Origin: Squalus acanthias
Taxonomy: Eukaryota
Assembly (NCBI GenBank): GCA_030390025.1
Contig: CM059432.1
Span: forward strand, 65,784,001-65,848,000
Length of the DNA stretch: 64,000 nt
Direction of reading: 5' to 3'
Shown piece after piece: positions 39,628 through 51,660 of this stretch. Both the position numbers and the translations under genes were made by a program. The notes under the pieces are model-generated. The model saw only the letters and a list, made by a program, of their open reading frames with translations, was not told the DNA's origin and ran no database searches. Position 1 is the first letter of the stretch. Each line of letters begins with the position of its first letter.

Positions 39628-40352
39628 GTGTAAAAAGGAAAAGATTAGCAAGAGTAAATGTGGGGCCCTTACAGGCTGAGACAGGAGAAATTATAATGGG
39701 GAATAAGGAAATGGCAGAGAAATTAAACAAATACTTTGTGTCTGTCTTCAAGGAAGAAGACGCAAAAAACTTCCCGGAAATAGTGGAGAACCAAGGCTCT
39801 AGCAAGAATGAGGAACTGAAAGAAATTAGTATTCGTAAAAAAATAGTACTGGAGAAATTAATGGGACTGAAAGCCGATAAATCCCCTGGACCTGATGGCC
39901 TACATCCTAGGGTTTTGAAAGAGGTGGCTATAGAGATAGTGGATGCATTGGTTGTCATTTTCCAAAATTCCATAGATTCTAGAACGGTTCCCACAGATTG
40001 GAAGGTAGCAAATGTAACCCCACTATTTAAGAAAGGGAGAGAGAAAACAGAGAACTACAGTCCAGTTAGCCTGACATCAATAGCAGGGAAAATGCTTGAA
40101 TTGATTATTAAAGATGTGGTAACAGGGCACTTAGAAAATAATAATAGGATTGGGCAGAGTCAACATGGATTTATGAAAGGGAAATCGTGTTTGACAAATC
40201 TGTTTTTGAGGTTGTAACTAGATAACTAGATAAGGGGGATGTGGTGTATTTGGATTTTCAGAAGGCATTCGATAAGGTGCCACACAAGAGGTTATTAAAC
40301 AAAATTAGGGCTCATGGTCAGCAGGTCAGGCAGCATCTGTGAAGAGAGAAAC

Positions 40353-40393
40353 AGAGTTAACGTTTCAGGTCAATGACTTTTCGTCAGCACTGG
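40353..40393 (-). ncRNA. Minimal hammerhead motif in inverted Penelope arm
   Basis: Minus strand CAGTG-CTGACGA-AAAGTCATTGACCT-GAAA-CGTT-AACT. Confidence 0.6.
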
Positions 40394-40925
40394 AAATAAG
40401 CAGGAAATGGAACAGATTTTTAAGCAAGAGTAGGAGCTGGGAAAGTGGGGAGGGGATGAAAGAACAAAAGGGAAGGTCTGTGATAGGATAGAAGGCAGGA
40501 GAGGTTAAGAGACATTAAGAGATATTCAAGGAAAAAGGAGATGGTAATGGGACAGGTTAAGAAACAAAAGATGGCTCTAGATGAAGTGTAAATTGCGCTG
40601 GCAGAATGAAAGACAGCTGCCATGTGGAAGAGAAGAAAAGAAAACACAAACAAAAAAAAAGTGTGGGAAAAAAAATATCTATGATAGGGGCCGAGGTTAT
40701 GATCTGAAATTGTTGAACTCTATGTTGAGTCCAGAAGGCTGTAAAGTGCCTAATCGAAAGATGAGGTGCTGTTCCTCGAGCTTACGTTGAGCTTCAGTGG
40801 AACAATGTAAGAGGCCTATGATGGTGAGGTCTGAGTGGGAGTGGAGCGGAGAATTAAAGTGACAGGCGACTGGAAGCTCGGGGTCCCCCTTACGGACTGA
40901 ACGGAGGTGTTCCGCAAAGCGATAT

Positions 40926-42026
40926 GTGGAACATTCTTTGTTCCAGTCCTACTCAGGTCCCCTCCCTCACCTCTTTTCCCAGTACATTGATGACTGTATC
41001 GGTGCCGTTTCCTGCTCTCGCCCTGAACAAGAAAATTTCATTCACTTTGCTTCCAATTTCCACCCTTCCCTCACCTTCACGTGGTCCATCTCCGACTCTT
41101 CCCTTCCCTTCCTCGACTTCTCCATCTCCATCTTTGGGGATAGGTTATTGACAAACATTCACTACAAGCCCACTGACTCCCACAGCTACCTGGACTACAC
41201 TTCCTCCCACCCTGCTTCCTGTAAGGACTCTATTCCATTCTTCCAGTTTCTCCGTCTCTGCCGCATCTGCTCTGACGATGCCACTTTCCATACCAATGCT
41301 TCCGACATGTCTTCCTTTTTCCTCAACCGAGGATTCCCCTCTACTGTGGTTGACACGGCCCTTGACCGTGTCCATTCTATCTCCCACACTTCTGCCCTCG
41401 CCCCTGCCCCTCCCTCCCGGAACCACGATAGGGTTCCCCTTGTCCTCACCTTTCACCCCACCAGCCTCCACATTCAACGGATCATCCTCCGCCATTTCCG
41501 CCACCTCCAGCATGATCCCACCACCAAACACATCTTCCCTTCACCTCCCCTTTCAGCATTCCGAAGGGACCGGTCCCTCCGCAACACCCTGGTCCACTCC
41601 TCTATCACCCCCAACACCCCTTCCCCTTCGCTCGGCACCTTCCCGTGCAAGCGCAGGATATGTAACACATGCCCTTATACCTCCCCCCTTCCCACTGTCC
41701 AGGGCCTCAAACACCCCTTCCAGGTGAAACAGCGATTTACTTGTACTTCTTGCAATTTAGTATACTGTATTCGCTGCTCACGATGCGGTCTCCTCTACAT
41801 TGGGGAGACCAAACGCAGATTGGGTGACTGCTTTGCGGAACACCTCCGTTCAGTCCGTATGGGGGACCCCGAGCTTCCGGTCGCCTGTCACTTTAATTCT
41901 CCGCTACACTCCCACTCAGACCTCACCGTCCTCGGCCTCTTACATTGTTCCACTGAAGCTCAACGTAAGCTTGAGGAACAGCACCTCATCTTTCGATTAG
42001 GCACTTTACAACCTTCTGGACTCAAC
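40926..42026 (+). pseudogene. Penelope RT C-terminal half plus GIY-YIG endonuclease (5'-truncated, end disrupted by MITE)
   Basis: YIDD RT motif; CKRRICNTC zinc-finger-like linker; LVYCIRCSRCGLLYIGETKRRL..EH GIY-YIG; ends GLN where the MITE begins. Confidence 0.92.
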
Positions 42027-42768
42027 GGCCCAAAAATTAGTGCCGCTACGCGAGAGTACGCACTGTGTACTCTCGCGTATTCTGTCTCCAATTGCCGGTT
42101 TTCTGCATGCACTGCGCATGCGCTGAAAACCGGCACTTGGTGAATTCAAAAGGGGGCGGTTCCTAGGTGAACCGCGTGCGCGCTACAGGCTGCGCGCACG
42201 CAGTGCACTTAGTGCTTTGAACGCGCAGGTAAGCATGGAACATTTTAGACATAAAGAAAGGAGGCGTAAGACCCTCTTTTAACAAGGTAAGTAGTTAATT
42301 AAGTATTATTTTGAATTTTTTTTAACAGGTATATCTTTTTTAGAGACTTTAAAGACAGGTAAGTTTATTTTTATAACTTTTTAAAAGATTTTAAATTTTT
42401 TCAAAAATTTAATTTTTTGTTTAAAATGGTTAATTTATTTAACTATACTTATTTTATTAATGTGATGGTTTTTTTTAAAATGTAATTGAGGTTTAGCTGT
42501 TCTTTTGGGGGGGTATAGATTCATAGCTTTCACAGCACTTATGTGAAAGCTATGAATGAAAGATGGTGTGCTGCCATTGGCTCTAACTGAGTCACGTGAT
42601 CCCACAGCTCGCACGAATTAACTGCGCCTGTGGGATACGGAAGCCCTGCACAGCTGCTGTCCAGAACATCAAGTTCGTGCGAGCTCGGACTGAAAAAGCC
42701 AGCGCGCAGTGAGAGATCGCGGGGAAGCCTTACCCTCGCACGAAGGCTCCCTCACGAATTTTTGGGCC
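42027..42768 (-). mobile_element. Harbinger-like MITE, diverged family A member
   Basis: TIR GGCCCAAAAATT / AATTTTTGGGCC; TSD AAC confirmed by empty site in inverted arm; AT-rich core is reverse complement of that in copies 1 and 2. Confidence 0.92.
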
Positions 42769-42957
42769 AACATAGAGTTCAACAATTTCAGATCATAACC
42801 TCGGCCCCTATCATATATATATTTTTTTCCACATTTTTTTTTGTTTGTGTTTTCTTTTCTTCTCTCCCACATGGCAGCTGTCTTTCATTCTGCCAGCACA
42901 ATTTACACTTCATCTAGAGCCATCTTTTATTTCTTAACCTGTCCCATTACCATCTCT

Positions 42958-43183
42958 ACGATAGCAAAATACTGCGGATGCTGGAAATCCGAAATAACAA
43001 CAGAAAACGTTGGAAAAACTCAGCAGGCCAGGCAGCATCCGTGGAGAGAGAAACAGAGTTAACGTTTCAGGTCAAAGACCTTTCGTCAGACGAAGGTCTT
43101 CGACCTGAAACGTTAACTCGGTTTCTCTCTCCACGGATGCTGGCTGGCCTGCTGAGTTTTTCCAGCGTTTTCTGTTGTTATTT
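42958..43183. mobile_element. Palindromic (fold-back) Penelope-tail derivative
   Basis: ~95-bp inverted arms centred on 43088; 15-16-bp TSD (T)CCCATTACCATCTCT at 42942-42957 / 43183-43198. Confidence 0.9.
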
Positions 43184-43343
43184 CCCATTACCATCTCTTT
43201 TTGCCTTGAATATCTCTTAATGTCTCTTAACCTCTCCTGCCTTCTATCCTATCACAGACCTTCCCTTTTGTTCTTTCATCCCCTCCCCCCTTTCCCAGCT
43301 CCTACACTTGCTTAAAAATCTGTTCCATTTCCTGGTTTTTTCC

Positions 43344-43380
43344 AGTTCTGACGAAAGGTTATCGACCTGAAATGTTAACT
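43344..43380 (+). ncRNA. Minimal hammerhead motif in Penelope 3' tail
   Basis: AGTT-CTGACGA-a-AGGT(tatcg)ACCT-GAAA-TGTT-AACT; stem I AGTT/AACT, stem II AGGT/ACCT. Confidence 0.68.
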
Positions 43381-44469
43381 CTGTTTCTCTCTTCACAAAA
43401 GCTGCCTGGCCTGCTGAGTATCTCCAGCATTTTCTGTTTTTATTTCAGATTTCCAGCATCTGCAGTATTTTCTTTTTGTAATATATCCAAGTTTGCTGAT
43501 GATACAAAGCTGGGTGGGAATCTAAGTTGTGAGGAGGGTGCAAGGAGGCTTCAAGGGGATATAGACAGGCTAAGTGAGTGGGCGAGAACATGGCAAATGG
43601 AATATAATGTGGAGAATTGTGAAGTTATCCACTTTGGTAGGTAAAATAGAAAAGCAGCGTATTTTTTAAATGGTGAGAGATTGGGAAATGTTGGTGTTCA
43701 GAGGGACCTGGGTGTCCTTGTACATGAATCGCTTAAAGTTAACATGCAGGTACAGCAAGCAATTAGAAAGCAAATGGTATGTTGACTTTATTACAAGAGG
43801 ATTTGAGTATAAGAGTTAAGACGTCTTACTGCAATTATATAGGGCCGTGGTGAGACCACACCTGGAGTATTGTGTACAGTTTTGATCTCCTTACCTAAGG
43901 AAGGATGTACTTGCCATAGAGGGAGTGCAACAAAGGGTCACTAGACTGGTTCCTGGGATGGGGGGATTGTCCTATGAGGAGAGATTGAGTAGACTAGGCC
44001 TATATTTGCTAGAGTTTAGAAGAATGAAAGGTGATCACATTGAAACATACAAAATTCTTACAGGACTTGACAGGGTAGATGCAGGGAGGATGTTTCCCCT
44101 GGCTGGGGAGTCTAGAACCAGGGTTCACAGTCTCAGAATAAGGGGTCGGCCATTTAGGACTGAGATGAGGAGAAATTTCTTCACTCAGAGGGTGGTGAAT
44201 CTTTGGAATTCTCTACCCCAGAGGGCTGTCGAGGCTCAGTCGTTGAGTATATTCAAGACAGAGATTGATAGACTATTGAATATTAAGGGAATCAAGGGAT
44301 ATGGGGATAGTTCAGGAAAGTGGAGAAGAGGTAGAAGATCAGCCATGATCTGATTGAATGGCGGAGCAGCCTCGAGGGGCCGAATAGCCTACTCCTGCTA
44401 CTATTTCTTATGTTCCTATGTTCAGACTGCTGTACTGTTGAAGGTTTCGTCTTTCAGGTGAGACATTGG

Positions 44470-45749
44470 AGGAGAAATTGGACAGGCACCACAAACTGGG
44501 CACAGGAAACGATCCATGCATGGGAACAGGTGTGTAGAAGCAGGTAGTGAGGGTAGTGAAGTTGATGTTGTGTATATGAATTTTCAAAAGGTGTTTGCTA
44601 AAGTACCACATAATAGACTTGCTCGCAAAATTGAAGCCTGTGGGATTAAAGGGGCAGTGGCTACATGGATCCGAAATTGGCTCAGGGACAGAAAGCAGAG
44701 AGTAGTGGTGAATGGTTGTTTTCAGATTGGATGGAAGTGTGCAGTGGTGTCTCCCAGGGGTCGATGTTGGGACCACTGCTCTTTTTGATATAAATAAACC
44801 TGGACTTGGGCATACAGGTCATAATTTCAAAGTTTGCAGATGACACAAAACTCGGAAAAGTAGCAAACAGTGAGGAGGATAGTAACAGATTTCAGGAGGA
44901 CATAGACAGACTGGTGAAATGGGCAGACACATGGCAGATGAAATTTAACGCAGAGAAATGTGAAGTGATTTATTTTGGTCAGAAGAATGAGGAGAGGCAA
45001 TATAAACTATATGGTACAATGTTAAAGAGGGTGCAGGAACAAAGAGAGCTGGGGGTGTACGTATACAAATCTTTGAAGGTGGCAGGACACATTGAGATGT
45101 TAAAAAGGCATATAAGATACTTGGTTTTATAAATAGAGGCACAGAGTACAAGAGCAAGGAAGTTATGCTAAACCTTTATAAAGCATTGGTTACGCCCCAG
45201 CTGGAGTACTGTGTCCAATTCTGGGCACCACACTTTAGGAAGGATGTCAAGGCCTTGGAGAGGGTGCAGATGAAATTTACTGAAATGGTAGCAGGGATGA
45301 AAGTCTTCAGTTACATGGCGAGATTAGAGAAACCAAGGTTGTTCTCCTTAGAACAGAGAAGGATAAGGGGAGATTTGATAGAGGTGTTCAAAATCATTAA
45401 TGGTTTTGATAGGGTAAATAAGGAGAGAATATTTCCAGTGGCAGAAAGATTGGTAGCCAGAAGACACAGATTAAAGTTAATTGGCAACAGAACCAGAGGG
45501 GAGACGAGGAAAATTTTTTTACACAGCGTGTTGTTATGATCTAGAATGCACTACTTGAAAGGGTGGTTGAAGCAGATTCAATAATAACTTTCAAAAGGGA
45601 ATTGAATAAATACTTGAAGTGGAAAATTTTGTAGAGCTATGGGGAAAGAATAGTTTGATTGGGAGTAATTGGATAGCTCTTTTAAAGAGCCAGCACAGTC
45701 CAATGGGCTGAATGGCCTCCTTCTCTGCTGTATCATTCTATGAGTCTAT
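44470..45749 (+). mobile_element. CR1 LINE RT to 3' end
   Basis: ISKFADDTKLG, PQLEYCVQFWAPH, LEQRRIRGDLIE; ATTCTATG tail. Confidence 0.92.
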
Positions 45750-45750
45750 T

Positions 45751-46637
45751 GGGGAAAAAATCGGTTGCTTTGTGCCTCCCGTTAGCGGCCTAAGAGGGCG
45801 CTAATGGGGCGCAAAGCAACTAGCGCCTGGGCGCGGCGATATTTGCGCTGCTCACGAAATTGACCAGACATTTTGCGGCGGCGCTAAACACTACCGCCAC
45901 GATCTCCTGCGTCTGCAGATTGTGACATCAGTCGAGCATGCAACGCCCTGGTAGTGCCCCGGACCGGATATTGAGTGGCGTCCCCTGCCTTACTGCCTGC
46001 CGCAAACAACGACAGGTTGAGGGGAGCATTTTGCAGTCGGGAAGGGACTGGGGGAGCGCTATTTAAAGGCGACCACTTCCTGCCTTTTTTTGTCGGCGAC
46101 ATTTTTGCACCATGCATTCTGAGAGAGAGAGACTTCTGGAGAGATTCAATGCTGTGTGAAGGAGTTTTGGGTACTGAGCAGCACTTTGCAGTTTCATTTT
46201 GATTTGACCTTCCTTGCATCGATTTAGAAGAGACTTGAGGGGGCTGCACTCTGAGCTCTTTCCCTGGGTCTCTCCATTGTTCTTTCCAGCAAATTTGATG
46301 TACAGGTCTCTTCAGCTGAGATTCAAGGCTGCAATGAGCAGGGTGTGGATGGAGAGCAAGATCAACCCTCCCCATTAAGAACTGGCCGGCGCCATTGTGT
46401 CTGTGTTCCATTGCTGACTGACATCACATGAGCTTCGCCAACGCTCTGAGGTAGCGCCTTGTTCTTCAGCATTAGCGCCTTAAGAGAGGTGTGTAGCACC
46501 TGATTTAGCGCTCCAATCACCTCCAGGGGCGATAGAAGCCAAGTTTGCAGTCGGAGGTGATAATTAGCGTCGGGCGCAAAACTTTGCGTCTGGCTGATAA
46601 TTGCGCCCCAAACGGGGCGATACCGAATTTTTCCCCC
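45751..46637 (+). mobile_element. Harbinger-like MITE, family B, inserted in CR1 tail
   Basis: TIR GGGGAAAAAATCGG / CCGAATTTTTCCCC; shares subterminal GGCGCTAA motifs and right end with 60576-61321. Confidence 0.8.
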
Positions 46638-47354
46638 TTTGATTCTATATTGAGTCAGTGTCCAGCAGCAGGGGCAGTTGTAAAAAGGCCATGAATGATG
46701 TTGCTGTCTCTCTGGATCACAGCACTGATGTACCTTTAAGCTCTCCTCAACTAATCCCTTCAAAGCTGACAAAACAAGTGCAGACATAGACACTCCTGGC
46801 AGCCACCGAAGTGGAGCAGCCTAAACATAGGCCTTCTCAGGCCTATGTTTACAGATATCAACAACTATCCTCATCTCCGGAGTCTTTCAGTGAAACACAG
46901 CAGCCTGCCATATCCCATGCTCCAACCTATAGGGGAACACCTCATAAAAGCACCATGGAGGCAGTGCACACCATGGGTAAACATTGGGGTGGTAAACAAT
47001 AGCAATGTAGGGCAAAATAATCAGTTGCCACTTCATTTGCATTGTGTCCAGAGAGTACAAGAGATTGTTCCCGTTTGTAGATTGAAAGTAAGATAAATGC
47101 TTTGTTTGATAATTATAGAGTAGGTGTTGCTTGTGGTGGAGAGGGCACATATTTGCAGAGATTGGGTAAGGTGGTTAATAAAGAGACCTAGGGGGCATTG
47201 TGTGAAGGACTCATTCATCAAATCTTGCCAGAATGCTCTGGCAGTTGACAACTGTCATTCCTCAGCAGCCTTATCAGTATCCTCAATGCTGCATGAGTCT
47301 TTCCCTTCATAAGGCTGAAGGTTTTTCTTTCTTGGCTGCTCCATGTGTAGTCCT

Positions 47355-47930
47355 CAACAACAGTAACAACAACTTGTATTTATTTCACACCTTTGATATA
47401 GTAAAATGTCCCAAGGTGCTCCACAGGAGTGTTATAAAACAAAATTTGACACTGAGCCACACAAGGAGATATTAGGACGGATGACCAAAAGCTTGGTCAA
47501 AGAGGGAGACGGGCGATGTTATGGAGGTGGAAATAGACAGTCTTAGTTATGGCGTGGATATGTGGTCAGAAGCTCAGTTCAGGGTCAGACAAATATGACA
47601 CTAAGGTTGCGAACAGTCTGGTTCAGCTTCAGACAGATGGTAGGGAGAGGGATGGAGTCGGTGGCTAGGAAATGGAGTTTGTGGCAGGGACCGAAGTCAA
47701 TAGCTTCGGTCTTCCCAATATTTAATTGGAGGACATTTCTGCTCATCCAGTACTGGATATCGGACAAGCAGTCTGACAATTTAACACAGTGGAGGGTTCG
47801 AGTGAAGTGTTGATGAGGTAGTGTTGGGTCTTGTCAGCGTACATGTGGAAACTGACGCTGTGTTTTCGGATGATTCCGCTGAGGGGCAGCATGTAGATGA
47901 GAAATAGGAGGGGGCCAAGGATAAATCCTT
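47355..47930 (-). mobile_element. L2 LINE fragments
   Basis: [33 protein letters not shown]. Confidence 0.85.
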
Positions 47931-48984
47931 GGAATTGCACAACAAAGTTGTACAGCTTGCAGCAAAACATAATGATGCATCACCCTTTGCCTTCTGTATT
48001 GGAGAAATCTCCAGACCAGTCAAGTCATAGGACTTGTTGGTTCACAATTTCTATTGTGTTCTCGATGATGGCTTTCGGAGAAACATGGATCTCACTTGTT
48101 CAGCAAGTGCTGATGTCACACAGACATCACGAGCCAGGACTGCAGTGGGTCGTTTTAGTCTCCAAGAAGTCAACCGTGTACTTTTTATCCAGAGTTAAAC
48201 AATGGGGGATGGGTGACTGGCAAAATCACATCATCATGGCGGCTGCCAAAAGGATTGCGTGCATGATATTGTGCAGGTGTTGCAAAATAGAAATCCTTGC
48301 AATTCATGAAGAATAGAACTTTGTGCTAAGGAGAAAGCAGGGCAACAAGTGTAAAATTTATGATGCCCTGGAATGTGGGAAATCCTACAATCTATGGAAA
48401 CCACAGGGTCCTCTCCTGCTGCTTCAGGATATCCATAAGAAAAGTGATGAAGGTATTTGGTCTTGCAAACAATACACCAGCCATCTGTTTGATATATGTA
48501 TGGACTGCAGATTGACTGATACTATTAATGTTCCCTGTGGCAGATTGGAAGATACTGGAGGCAAAAGAATTCAGTGACCTTTACATCAATGGTAGGGCTG
48601 AAGGAGTCTGTTAGTGCCTCCCTGAAGAAGCATAGCCTCATCATGCATCATTCTTCAGTCAACTCAAGGAATCTTCTTGCTCTGTTCACTCATTAGTAGC
48701 CCACAATATCTATGAGATGCAATATCCACAATCATTATGTGAAAGATGGCACTTCAGCTTAATTGCTTTGCTTTTGAAATTATTTTCTCACTAAAAAATA
48801 CATGGTGGCTAAAAATCCAAATAAATGTTTGGATGCACCTGCTGGTGACCTCCATGCTGACCCCACCAGAGTTTGTGAAGTCAGAGAGAGGTCACCCCAG
48901 TTGCATGGCCCCAGTGGGCACCCGCTCACAAGAGCCGCATCTCAGGCTCCCAGCTTCCCCCTGCAGCTGCACAGTGTGAAAGAA

Positions 48985-49148
48985 TCACATTGCTGTTTGT
49001 GGGAGCTTGCTGAGCACTAATTGGCTGCTGCGTTTCCTACATTACAACAGTGACTACACTTCAAAAAGTACTTCATTGGCTGTAAAGCACTTTGGGACTT
49101 CCGGTGGTTGTGAAAGGCGCTATATAAATGCAAGTCTTTCTTTTCTTT
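48985..49148 (+). mobile_element. Deu-SINE 3' fragment
   Basis: Matches 25195-25358. Confidence 0.85.
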
Positions 49149-49589
49149 CATCTGGAGGCAGGGTGTCAAGCCCATTCCCCCAGAAAGAAGTGAATCTATC
49201 CCCCACCAATCTCATTCTTAGGGAGCCAAAATATCACCCCCAAAATATTGCTCTATCTTCAGGGATCCAGGCTATGATCTTGGCCTGGACCCCCAGGTGG
49301 GGCCCACATGTGCCCTTTGCCAGCTGATATGGTCTTACCAGGCATACCACAAGAATACTGCCACTGATGCTACATTGGGTCCCTCTGAAGGCCAAAGACA
49401 CAGGAACTTCCACCTTTGGGTGTTGCAGCCTCCAACCTTGCATCCTCTTCTGTACATGGCCTTGGTGGGTGGAGGGTCTCCCTTACATGACCCCATGGAA
49501 ATCCTGACGTTTGGCCTGGACCCAGCGTATCCAGGTCCGGCCTAATTTCTGTTCCTCCTGCACCCTCCAGCTGCAGTTATGGCAGTTGA

Positions 49590-50110
49590 AGTCTCAGCTG
49601 TGGCTCAGTTGGTAGCACTCTCACCTCTGAGTCAGAAGGTTGCGGGTTGAAGTCTCGCTCCAGAGACTTGAGCACAAAGATCTAGGCTGACACTCCAGTG
49701 CAGTACTGAGGGAGCGCTGCACTGTCGGAGGTGCCGTCTTTTGGATGAGATGTTAAACCGAGGCCTCGTCTGCTCACTCAAGTGGAGATAAAAGATCCCA
49801 TGGCACTGTGTCGAAGAGATGTAAAAGATCCTTGGCAATATTTTGACGAGCCCATGGCACTATTTCGAAAAGAGCAGGTGAGTTCTCCCCGGTGTCCTGG
49901 CCAATATTTATCCCTCAATCAACATCACCAAAAAACATTATCTGGTCATTATCACATTGCTGTTTGTGGGAGCTTGCTGTGTGCAATTGGCTGCCGCGTT
50001 TCGTACATCACAACAATGATTATGCTTCAAAAGTACTTAATTGGCTGTAAAGCACTTTGGGATGTCCTGAGATTGTGCTACATAAATGCAAGTCTTTCTT
50101 TTTTTCTTTA
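49590..50110 (+). mobile_element. Full-length tRNA/Deu SINE with internal duplication (~49785-49860)
   Basis: Head CAGCTGTGGCTCAGTTGGTAGCACTC, Deu-like core, T-rich tail. Confidence 0.9.
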
Positions 50111-51237
50111 TAGCAGGAGTGTGCTGGAAAGGCCACGGATCTTTGCCTTCCATGGTATTTAATGATCTTATAGATTTTAATTTTTAATACAAAAATTTCT
50201 GGATGCACCTATGGAGTGATGTAAACAAAAACAAATTGAGATTTTGTTGCTGCGCATTAATCCAGTCTTTCTAACTTGTACCAATGGTTATCATATTGCA
50301 CATGATGCATCCTGTTTGTATTCATGTGACAGCAATTTGCATCAATGAGATATATTGATAATCACTTTTGCTAGCACTCTGTACTTAATTTGAAATGAAT
50401 TTGTCATTGTTTGTCTTTCTGATATTTGTGTTAAGTTTGATGACTTGTTGTTTCTGTGCGTTGTGGTTGTGTCACCTTTAACTCTATTTTGCTAGTGTTA
50501 CAGTAAACATTGCAGCAACCGCTGGCTGCTTTCTCTCCCAGTGCTTCTGGAACAAGGTACGAATAATCATTGCTGCAGCTCTATGTTTGTGCTCATTCCT
50601 CCAGTGAAAGGCTGAACAATCTGTTCATGGGTTGACTCCCAACAGTGCGTTTGTAACAGCGCTTCAATCACAAATAGCATTAACCAAAGCTGTTACATGA
50701 AGTAGTAGTCTTGGGTATAAAATGAAAAAAAAAAGTTGATAAAAAGCTGCTGTCACATTGCACAAGACTTGCATAGTGCGGTTGATTCTTGAAGCGCAGT
50801 TCTTGCACAGCCAGCTGTAAGCTGAATGTAAAACTGCTATGACTCCCAAAAACCAGCTGATGGGAAGTCCATATTTAGAAGCTAGTGAGTCTCAGCAGCT
50901 TTACATTCAGTGTGAGTCCTGTACTTTAGAAAAGCAGCTCACAATTATGGTTACTGGGCCCTTGAAATTGTGATATCAGTGTATGAAGTAATGCAATCGT
51001 ATGAAATTCCTTTACCGTTATTTTAAAATAAACAGGATAATGTCTTCTCTAAAATAATAAGCAAGGGAATGTTAAAAGAACATGTTAAGTGTTGATACAC
51101 TATAATTTCAAGGTCAGGAGAGAGAAAAAAATTGGAACATTGAATAACTCAAGGGGTACTTAGTCAGTTGCACTTTTTTGCATCTAAACAAAGGGAAGTG
51201 ATAGTCAAAAGTGCAATTTATTACACAGTCAATTTTT

Positions 51238-51660
51238 AAAAATTTGTTCTCAGGATGTGGGTGATGCTGGCAAGGCCACATTTATTGCCCATCCCTAGTT
51301 GCCCTGTGAATGTGGTGATGGGCCTTTTCCTTGAACCACTGTGGTAATGATGGTCCCACAATAGTGTTTAATAGGGAATTCCAGAATATTAACCCAGCAA
51401 ACTGCTCCGGCCTGGATAGTGGTAAGCTTCTTGAGTGTTGTTGCAGCTGGAGTCATCATACTCCTGACTTGAGCCTTGTAGATGGTGAAGAGCTTTGAAG
51501 AGGCAGGAGATGAATCACTCATCACTGAGTACCCAGCTTCTGCCCTGCTCTTGTAGTCACAGTGTTGATATAGCTGGTCCAGTTCAGCTTCTGGTCAACG
51601 GTGAGCCCCAGGATGTTAATGGTGGGGGACTCGATGATGATGTTGCCATTGAAGATGGTA
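51238..51660 (-). mobile_element. Degraded LINE fragments, family of 34005-35070
   Basis: TIYKAQVRSMM..TTLKKL peptide; matching 3' tail. Confidence 0.75.

Larger units (their letters stand above)
40318..43476 (+). mobile_element. Penelope-like retroelement with inverted copy of its 3' end (40318-40920) at the 5' side
   Basis: 40318-40920 is the reverse complement of 41830-43417 once nested inserts are removed; RT plus GIY-YIG ORF. Confidence 0.93.
39628..44420 (+). mobile_element. CR1 LINE split by a Penelope complex (own sequence 39628-40317 and 43477-44420)
   Basis: KSPGPDGLHPRVLKE..KIRAH on left; CNISKFADDTK to TTCTTATG tail on right; same subfamily as 23110-24931. Confidence 0.92.

Noticed and set aside
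39146..39994. 282-aa ORF
   Set aside because: Chance fusion of antisense CR1 frame with L2 RT across their junction.
40926..42143. Intact 405-aa gene
   Set aside because: 5'-truncated Penelope ORF whose last ~38 residues come from the inserted MITE.
49590..49665. tRNA gene (also 23056-23109)
   Set aside because: tRNA-like head continues directly into the SINE body.
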